Positions 52,301 through 62,700 of a stretch of DNA of 64,000 bases are shown one piece after another. Both the position numbers and the translations under genes were made by a program. The number at the start of each line of letters is the position of its first letter. Position 1 is the first letter of the stretch. The notes below the pieces were generated by a model, which saw nothing but the letters and a program-made list of their open reading frames with translations, was not told the origin of the DNA and searched no databases. The stretch spans positions 32,996,464 through 33,060,463 of the forward strand of contig NC_043011.1 of NCBI RefSeq assembly GCF_006345805.1. The letters run 5' to 3'. The DNA comes from Octopus sinensis. Lineage: Eukaryota.

Positions 52301-55300
52301 GCTCCATTGAAACTTCCGGCAGGTAAGTAAATATTCTGATTAAATCACTTCTGTTTGTTTCATATGTTACTTTAATCCTTTAGCATTTAATCTGGCCCAA
52401 ATATTCTGTCTGTTTTATATTTGGACCAGACAGATCTGGCCTTTCACATCTATCCTACAACAAGTCATTCTAAAACTACACAATGACTCAATCAAATTCT
52501 TGAAGCTGCAAGATAATGAATGATTAATTCAAAACAATGTGACTCAATAAGCATTATATCGGACAAAGTAATCTGAATGCTAAAGGGTTCTGGTGAAAAG
52601 ACAGTTAATTGTCTTTAAAAAGATAGATAAATAGAAAATTGACATAATTGATATTCAGTTTCAATTTATTGAGAAGCCTCTTAAGCATAAACTGATGTAG
52701 TAGTTCTTTTAATTTTATCATTATTTTCATGTCTTAAACATAAAACACTGACCTTATTTAGCAGAGGATTGTGGATAACTGAGTTGATAAAAACCAGACA
52801 ACTAATAGTTATATTTTGATATTGCATTGTATCCAGGACCTTGGCATTTAGTTTTCAACAAAACCCTAGATAGGTACTCTAAGTGGTATAATACACTCTG
52901 TATGTAGGCTGCATTGTTGAATTGAGAATTATTTTTTGTTAGTTTACAGCTCTCTTCTATTTCATTGGGAAAAGCTACCTATGAGAAATTAGTATCATGT
53001 CCAAAAAAGTATTTCCTTGTTCTACTTTATGCTATAGAAAAGTGGAGATAAACATCATTTCTGAATATCCTTGATAGCATGCAGATGTTCAAAAAAGAAC
53101 AGTTTGCTACAGCTACATTTGAAATGCTCTGACCACTGCTATGTTCTTAATGTAGCAGTTATTACTGTTCTGTCAGTTCCAGTCAACTATTGAATTTGTA
53201 ATACCATTAGCATGGACTATTGAACAACTTACTCATGAAGTCCATTTTTGATGCTGACAACAATGGACAAGACATAAAACACAGAAAAAGCTAACTAAAA
53301 TGGGTTTCAGTCACATTGTTATACATGAGTTGCTGGCAAAATTTGGATGTCAGTTCATGTGTATTGGACAACACAATTCAAAAATGGACCACCCACTTGT
53401 CTTTCTTCTCTGCAAATAACTAACTGTGCAGCTTGTCGAAAAGGAAAGCATATTCCCTTTACCTAACTAAAAAGTAATTTCTATATTGATAGCTTCAGTG
53501 GCACATTTTCTCTGTTGCTCTCATATTCATTGTTTAGTAATGAAAACGTGGTTATTATTAGGTTGTCCCAAAAGTTCGTAAACACTTGAGAAAATTGAAT
53601 TTTTACTCACCAAGTACTAACAAAAACAACAAAAATTATTCCTCAAAATAAAGACCATTATTTTCCAAGACTTTCTACGAACTTTTGGGACAATCTTATA
53701 TTTCAAGCAATTAAGGCAGCAAGATGGCAGAATCGTTAGCATGTCAGACAAAATGGTTAGTGGTATTTCTTCTGGCTTCTTACATTTTCAGTCCAAATGC
53801 CAATGAGGTCGACTTTACCTTTCATCCTTTCTAGGTTGATAAAATAAGAACTGTTTGAGCACTGTGATTCATGTAATCAACTAACTTTCACCTTCTAAAA
53901 TTGCTTGTCTCATATCAAAGCTTGAAATCAGTTCTCAAACATTAAATTTCAAATGTAAGTAAATGTATCCGAATAAATAAAAACATTTGCCCCTCTCTTG
54001 ACATCTTGGTTTGTTGCTACATTAGCTTATATGTCTATTCACTTATTCGTTGTGTTATAACCATATTTCTAAACAATACACCGTCACCATTACTTTTTAT
54101 TCTTTCACTCCCATCAGTTATTGGACTGTGACTACACTTGCGTACCACCGTGAAGGGTTTAGTTAAATAAATCGACCTCCAATATATTTATTTTCTTAAA
54201 TTTATGTTTGCTGAACTGCTAAGGGGACATAAACAAACCAACACTAGTTGTGGAGAGGTGGTGAGGGACACACACAAAAGTACACAAACACACACACACA
54301 CACATGATGGGTTTCTACACTTTTTCCATCTACCAAATTCACTTACAAGGCATTGGTAAGCCCAGGGCTATATTAGACTTCAAATCATTTGATTGCAAAG
54401 TGAACTTTTTAATCACACAGTCATTAAGCTATTTAACTTCTCATCTTTCCTTTCAATTTCTTTATTAATTCCCTCCCCACCACTCTCATTTCTGATCTCC
54501 TATTGTAATTCAATGATCATTTTGTTTGTGAAATCTAAATACACTAACTATCTTTGGAAAAGGTAAAAAGAATACACATTCTGTAATGTTGTCTACACGG
54601 CTCTCAAAAGACTAATGGTTATGGCTTGAATGTTTTGATCATTGGTCTGGAAGCACTCCGTCGGTTCCGACGATGAGGGTTCCGGTTGATCCGATCAACG
54701 GGACAGCCTGCTCATGAAATTAACGTGTAAGTGGCTGAGCACTCCACAGACACGTGTACCCTTAACGTAGTTCTCGGGGATATTCAGCATGACACAGAGA
54801 GTGACAAGGCGGGCCCTTTGAAATACAGGTACAACAGAAACAGGAAGTAAGAGTGAGAGAGAGTTGTGGTGAAAGAGTACAGCAGGGATCACCACCATCC
54901 CCTGCCGGAGCCTCGTGGAGCTTTTAGGTGTTTTCGCTCAATAAACACTCACAACGCCCGGTCTGGGAATCGAAACCGCGATCCTACAACTGCGAGTCCG
55001 CTGCCCTAACCAGTGGGCCATTGCGCCTCCACGATCATTGGTCTACTCTGAGTTGAACCAGGGCTGCACAATGACAGTAACAACAACAACTAGAAACATA
55101 CAGACCCCCAATAGCGAATAGAAAGAGTTAAACACTTATAGTATACAAATTATTAACTACAATTCTCTGGGGCTCATAGATTTAATACGTATATAAACAG
55201 TTTGTCTACTTGTTTCTCTGAGATTGGTTAAGTGATGAGACTGCAATAAGAGTTGAAACTTGATTGAGCCTTTAGCATTTAAACTGGTTGTAATTGGCCA

Positions 55301-56706
55301 AAATTTTCTTTTATTTCTACTTTTCAAACTTTCTACTTTTCAAACTGGCCAAGTCTGGCCCTTCACACCTTACCTACAGTGTCATTCTAAAAATAAACCA
55401 TTACATCTTCAAAATCTCAAAGCTACAAGATAATGTAGGATGAATTCACAACAATGTGAATAAATAATCACTATATTTAACAGAGTAATCTGAATGCTAA
55501 AGGGTTAAGGCCGTCATTTTCCAATCTCCAAAGAAATAGGGTAATTTGACCTGTTTGTGTGTCTGTTATATAGGTTTACAAATATTAAAAGTAATTATTT
55601 CTACGCATTTAGTTCCATCTGTTATGTAATTTCTCTTAACAGGATCTCCATGTGATAACTTCCGTGGCTACTGTGATGTCTTCCATCGATGTCGACGAGT
55701 AGATGCGGAAGGACCCCTGGCTCGTTTGAAGAATTTGATATTTAACCCTGAAACTCTTCAAACAATCAGAGAATGGATTATTGTATGTATTACTTTTTAT
55801 AAGCTGCTTTATGTAAAGTATATATGTGCATGCACACACACACGTAAGCAAATGAAAGAAAGTAGTACTTAACACATTTAGTGTTGAAGTTACAGGTATT
55901 TAGCTGTTTAACTCAGCTCCACATTACTTGAAGTTTCTTTTTTTATACCCTCAGAACTTTGATATGAAACCAAGTCGAACTGTTACCCCCCACACATTCA
56001 CACACACACACGTTCATGCTGGATCATATTAAAATGTTGCTGAGTAGAATCTTTCAACCAAATTTCTGTACAACAGTTGTTTAAAGTCAGTTTTGTTTTA
56101 GTAAGAATTTCATCAGCTGCAATAGTTCCGTATTTGAAAATTAATTGCTCCATAAATCTAAGATTGGTGTCAGAATTGTCATATGTAAGCGGCATTAACA
56201 GAATGAAAGGTTTTTAAAGATTATTAGGTATTAGTGAAAAGATAAAAAAGTTCAGTTCCTGATATTTTGAGATGCCCTTGCATAATATTTTATGCAGTGG
56301 AATTATAATTTTTCAGCATTGAGAACAGTTTGTAGAATTTTATAGTTAGATAATTTTGGCAAGAGGGTATGTTTTCTATTTTAAAGTGTACATAGAAACA
56401 GCATCTAGTTTCTAGTTGTGTTTCCTCTCATATATATATAAACCCTTAATTTGCATTATTTACATTTGACAGATATTTGTCCTCATCTTGTTTGTTGTTA
56501 ACACAACGTTTCAGCTGATATACCCTCCAGCCTTCATCAGGTGTCTTGATGAAAATTTCGAACCTGGGTTCTCATTCCTAAGGTATTTTTCATCGGCGGC
56601 ATTCAGGTCACTGCCTGGAATCGAACTCGAAATCTTGTGGTTAGTAGCCCACACTTTTAACCACTACGCCATATACCAAGATTTCGAGTTCTATTCTAAG
56701 CAGTGA

Positions 56707-56742
<36 letters not shown>

Positions 56743-59700
56743 TAATAATGATGACAATGACAGCTCCACCGCCTTAGGAATGAGAACCCAGGTTTGAAAT
56801 GCCCCAAGACACCTAATGAAGGCTGGAGGGTATATCAGCCGAAACGTTGTGTTAACTAACAACCAACAAGATGAGGACAAATATCCGTCAAATGTAAATA
56901 ATGTACATAATTCTTCATCTCTTAAATATGGAACTGTATAAACACTTAATGTGTTACCTAATATAAAACACTCAATGTCTAACTTAAAGACACTATTATT
57001 TGCAATTCAGTTGAGAAAAGACTAACTTCTTAATTGCTTAATTAAAAAAAGTCTTTAATTAGATAATTAAAGTGAGAAGGACTTTATATATATATATTCA
57101 TACACATACATACACAGATATGACAGAAGTAAATAGACATCCTTCTAATCATTAAAATCTATTTAAATCTAAAATTATACATTCAAATTATTTATTAATT
57201 GTTAGAATGTGAATATTTGATATTTAATAGACGTGCCCTTTGCATTTTTCAATGCAAGGACCCTATTAGGCATGGTACTGATTATGACTAATAGTCTCTT
57301 GTGGAATTTCTTGCCAAGTTTCAAGCAGTAATTGCAAAAGATCTGGCTTTGATGATGCTTTCTTGCTCTTTTTATGTAGTGTCCTGTCCATTATGTCCCA
57401 GAGATGTTCAATAGGGTTCATATCTGGTGACTGTCTTGGCCATGGAAGCTTTTTGATGCCATTCTCATGCAACAAATCTTGGGTCATTATAACCGTGTGA
57501 CAAGGAGCCCTGTCTTCCATAAATAAAAGTCTTTAATCGGTTCACCACTGGAGAAGATTGGAAGGAGTCCTTTCTGCAATATGGACATGATTATCTGAGT
57601 TAATGTTTCCCCCACACTCCACCAGCTCTGATCAACCATTGCTCCAAATTGCTCCACAGACCATCACAGAATAGTTGCTGTGTTTCATTGTTGGCTGCAA
57701 TCTTTTCACATCAAATTCTTGATCACAGGGTCTCCAGACCCACACTCGACCACTCTCAGGAAATACAGCAAACCTGACCTTATCAGAGAATATGACAGTG
57801 TCCCAAAATGCTAGTAGCCTCCACCATCTCAACTGGCCCAATCTTTTCTCTGCTTGACATTGGCTGGTTGAAGAAGTGGCTTCCTTCTTGCTGCTCTGCA
57901 ATAGTAACCAAGTTTGTGGAGATAACTGATACCTGTTCTGGGACTGACATCAACTTGTTCTGCTATGTCAGAGGCCTTGCAATGAGGATTATCCTCCACA
58001 CTTCTCTTAACAAAGAGAAGGGTCCTGTCAGAGGGCCCTGGTTGATCTGGGCAAGGTGATATGAACTCCTTTCTCTGGTGAATTGCACAATCACTCTATA
58101 AACTGTAGAAAATGGGATCCCAAGGTTTTCTGTGATTTTGTTATGTCCACCTTCAGAATGACCCACAATTTGTCCTCTTTGAAATTCAGACAGTTCCAAG
58201 GCTTCTTTTGTACATGGCATGATTAAACAGTCACATATAGAACCTGAAACATAAATATGTCAATTAATAAAAAAAATTTAAACCTTTACAAGTCAGAATA
58301 AACATAAAACAATGTTTTATGGGATGTCTATTTACTGCTGTCATGTATGTGTGTGTATATAAAAAGACAAATACAGGGGTTGGACAAAATAATGGAAATA
58401 CCTTAAAATTTCAAACAAATTTATTTTAACATGTGGTAGGATTGCCTTTGGCAGTAATTACAGCTGGAATTCTATGAAGTATGGACTCATATAAAGTTTG
58501 AATTGTTTCCAAAGGAATTTTTGTCCATTCCTCAGCTAAAACAGTCTCCAGTTCTTATGGTGGAGGATACCGACTCCTTACTTGTTTTTCTAAAATGCAC
58601 CATAAATGTTCAATAATATTGAGATCTGGGGACTGTGATGGCCAGATAAAATGTTCAACATTCACTAGAATGTTCCTCATGCCATTCAGTAACAACTTTA
58701 GCTGTGTGAATTGGTGCATTATCATCCTGAAAGATTGTTTCCCTCCGGAAACAGTTCCTCAACCATAGGATGAATTTGATCACATAAAATGCTTAAATAG
58801 TCTTGACTATTAATTCTACCATGAAGGGAAACCATTGGGCTGGAGGATTTCCAAGATATAGCCCCCCCCCCCCCCGATCATCACAGATCCTCTTCCATGT
58901 TTAACAGTTGGAAGAAGGCAGTCTGAGTCAAATGCTTCTTTTGGCTGTCTCCACATGTATACTTGGCCAGTGATTGAAAATGAGGTAAAGGATGACTTGT
59001 CCAAGAAAATAACATTCTTCTACTACTCTAGGGACCAATTCTGTAGGTTTTTATTCCACTCAAAATGCTTTGCAACGTTTGTTTATGAAAGTAGTGGTTT
59101 TCTGATTGCAGCCCTCCTGTGAAATCTGGCTTTGTGCAGCTTCCAGCAAACAGTTTTTGTGGAAACTGGCTTCTCAAGGTGGTCATTAAGCTTTGCAGTA
59201 ATTTGGAGAGCTGTACTTTTGTGATCCTTTCCAACAATTCATGTAAGAGTCTGATGGTCCCTATCTAAAAGTTTTGGTTTTCTTCTGGAGTTTTGTTTTG
59301 ACAAGGAGGTTATTCCCTCTTTCTCAAAGGCTGTCATTACTTTCAAGGCAGTACTTCTTGATACACCAAACATTTTGGTTGTTTGTGTTATGACCAGTTT
59401 GAAAGCCCAATAGATCTCATTTTAATGAATTTTAATTACCTTTTTCTGATGATATCTGAGAAGAAACAACAATTTTAGCAAAACATATTAAGCAACACTA
59501 TAATAAGTCAAAAAACATTAAAATAAACAAGCGTTTGAAGGTTTTATTGCTATTTCGAAGTTATGATGCTATGATGGTTCCATTATTTTGTCTAACCTGT
59601 GTATATAAAATAAAATTACATGTTGCATATATATTACAAATTTAATAATTATTTTGTTTTTGTTTTCAGTGTTATAATCTTGTGAAAGTTTTATTCTATG

Positions 59701-62700
59701 AATTCTCAAATTTTGGTGTTGTACAATTTTTAAATCAATGTTTCAAATGTTTAATTTCAGGTTCATTGGTGGGCTGTAATGTTAATGTGTATAGGATTGG
59801 TCCTGTTCATGGCTGCATTTATCAAAGTCTGCGCTGTACACACCCCCAGCAGCAATCCACGCAAGCCGGCTGCCAGAAAACTCAGTCTACCTTCAAGTCG
59901 CCTTCAGAACAGGCCAATGTCTTCTAGACATCATGTATGTCAACGTTATGATGGTCGCAGATTTTATACTAATTTATTGGATCTCCACATTACTGACAAA
60001 TTCTTTGATTAGACTTAGTCAAGTTTTGCTTATTTACAGTTATATTTTATAGCTGTTCTGAAATTGTGCAAGTAAGACAATATTACACAGACAACCCCCT
60101 AGTTGTAGACTTTACTTGTACCTTTTAGTTTTACCAACTCATCCTGTTTTACCAAAGATATTCTGCTTGGTTCTAGGCACTTATTTTTCATTTACAATAT
60201 CAATCCAGCCATACATAAATATCTTTATTCATTTTTTTTGCTAGTTTTTTCTTTTTTTGTTACTTTTAGAGTCAACTTATTTCCTTAAGCAAAATAGTTG
60301 TAGCAATGTAGCTATCTTTAGGTATTTCTACCAGCATTTACAGCCCCCCACACTTACTCGCTCTCTCTCGCTTAGTAAATATTTTGTAGAATTTCCTGCA
60401 GATTTTTGATGTTTTGCAACATTTGCACAGCACTAAAGTTTCTTCAATAATATGTATTTTAAAATATCATTATTTTACCTCCGCTTTCTTTCCTAATATT
60501 GTTTTGGTAAATATGTGTTGAATTGCTGTTAAGGGCATCCAGCTGTAAAAACCATGCCAAAACACAGAGGAGACTGGTATGGCTCCCTGCCTTGTCAGCT
60601 TATTTCTTTACTGCCCACAAGGGGCTACACACAGAGGGGACAAACAAGGACAGACAAATGGATTAAGTTGATTATATTGACCCCAGTGCGTAACTGGTAC
60701 TTATTTAATTGACCCCGAAAGGATGAAAGGCAAAGTTGATCTCGGCAGAATTTGAACTTAGAATGTAGTAGTAGACGAAATACTACTAAGCATTTCGCCC
60801 AGCATGCTAACATTTCTGCCAGCTTGTCACCTTGTCAGCTTTTGCCAAACCATTCAGCCTATGCTAGCACAGAAAACAGATGTTAAATGATGATGATGAT
60901 ATGTTACATAAAAGAAAGGTTACCTTCTTGGGTCATGCTTACTTATAAGGGCCGGTTTCCATGGCATATATAGTCCCCATCTGGACGGGACGCCGATCTG
61001 TCACAGGGTTACTCATTTTTACCCTCTAAGTGAACTGGAGCGACGTGAAATGAAGTGTTTTGCTCAAGAACACAACACATTGCCTGGTCCAGAAATTGAA
61101 ATCACAATCTTACAATCATCATTCCAACACCCTGACCACTAAGCCACATATTTCCATATGTTACATACATATACCTGACAGCTCCATATGTGTCAATTTC
61201 TTTGTATTGGCTCATGCTCTATGGCTACATAACTGTTGTCTGCCCAACTTATATATACACCCATTCACCCATACACTCATCATTTATTCGCCTTTACATC
61301 CACTTTTTCTTGCTGGCATGGTTTGAATGAAGATGTATTTGAGGCAGGATTTTACAGTCTGGTGCTCTTCTTGTAGCCAACCATTGCCTGTGTTTTGAGT
61401 AAAGGATTTTATTTGTTGCATGTTGTCACAAGATTGGAAACATAAAAGTGAACATTATCATTTGTTTTTTGTTTGAACTTGGTCATGCACAGTAGCACAG
61501 CTGGAGTTTGTGCTGCTTGGGGCAGCCCTTTGAATTTGACACACACTTCTATTGGGTCAGTACAGGCTTATGCAGCAGATCCAAAATTATTGCCCCCTAA
61601 AAGCATTGCCTGGGACTGAACCCTCCTATACCAGCTATGTTACTACTCATGGGAAGATGCTCAGAATGTAAGGCACCCTACCCCACTCATACACATACAC
61701 AATAGGGCTTCTATACAGTTTCTGCATGCCAGTTCTATTCACAGTGATTGGCTGCTGCTAAATTATTACAGTGTTCTTTCTTTAATGAATATGTTTAACC
61801 CTTTAGCATTTAAACCAGCCATATTCACCCCAAAATATTCTACACATTTTATGTTTAAATTGACCAGATTCAGCCTCTCACACTTACCAGACAATGTCAG
61901 TATAAAAATATAGAATCACGTCATTGAAATCTCAAAGCTACAATATAATGCATGATTAATTCAAACCAATTTGAATAAATAAGCATTTTGTTTGACAGTA
62001 ATCTGGATGCTAAAGGTTAAAATAGTTTATCATAATAAAATGGTAGTAGTTGACTTGGCTTATAGAGTAAAAGTCTAGAATTTGAAGCAGTTGGTGAGGG
62101 TATGCACTGATAAACAATTAAACAGAAGATGCTATCTTGGAATGCAGATAAGCTAGCTATAAGGAGTGAAAATTCTAACATAGTGTAGATGGGGTGGAAG
62201 GGTGCTCTTGTCCATCAACTGAGAGTAGGAAAAACCCAAGGCATTGTAGTCTAGGAAGCTGGAATTCTGTTGAAGGACAAGACACTGAAACTTGAGACTT
62301 TACATTATTCACAGAAATTGAATTTATCAGCATTCCATCATCTTTCCTTTTGACATATTGTATTGTTTGAGAAATATTCTAAGTTACGTAGATGTTTATT
62401 TAGTTTTGTTTGTGCGATCCATTGACTAACACAACTTTGTTTCTAACTTCATCTTAATTATCTTATAACTATATCTATGAATAAATAAGTGTACTTAATT
62501 ATTTTATATATCTGAATAAATCTACTTAATTATCTTATATCTATGAATAAATCTACTTCTATTTGTAAGCATCATATATGTTGATCTTTGCGTGTGAAAT
62601 CAGTTTCAAGAAAATATTTTTTCTTCTTGTTTTAGGTGCCTCCGCCTCCATATCCTGGTGATAATTACTCAGGGCCACATATCGGGCATGGCAGAGGCCC

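Larger units (their letters stand above)
56453..56903. mobile_element. Head-to-head inverted pair of a ~220-nt repeat with tRNA-derived head and hammerhead-bearing tail
   Basis: A box (TGGCGTAGTGG, 56661-56671) and B box (GTTCGATTCC, 56617-56626) on the minus strand. The arms mirror each other across the centre. Confidence 0.75.

Noticed and set aside
56605-56675. Functional tRNA gene
   Set aside because: No paired acceptor stem, and it is embedded in a duplicated repeat; treated as a SINE-type head. SINE heads at 16787, 48008, 50470 and 55032 were rejected likewise.
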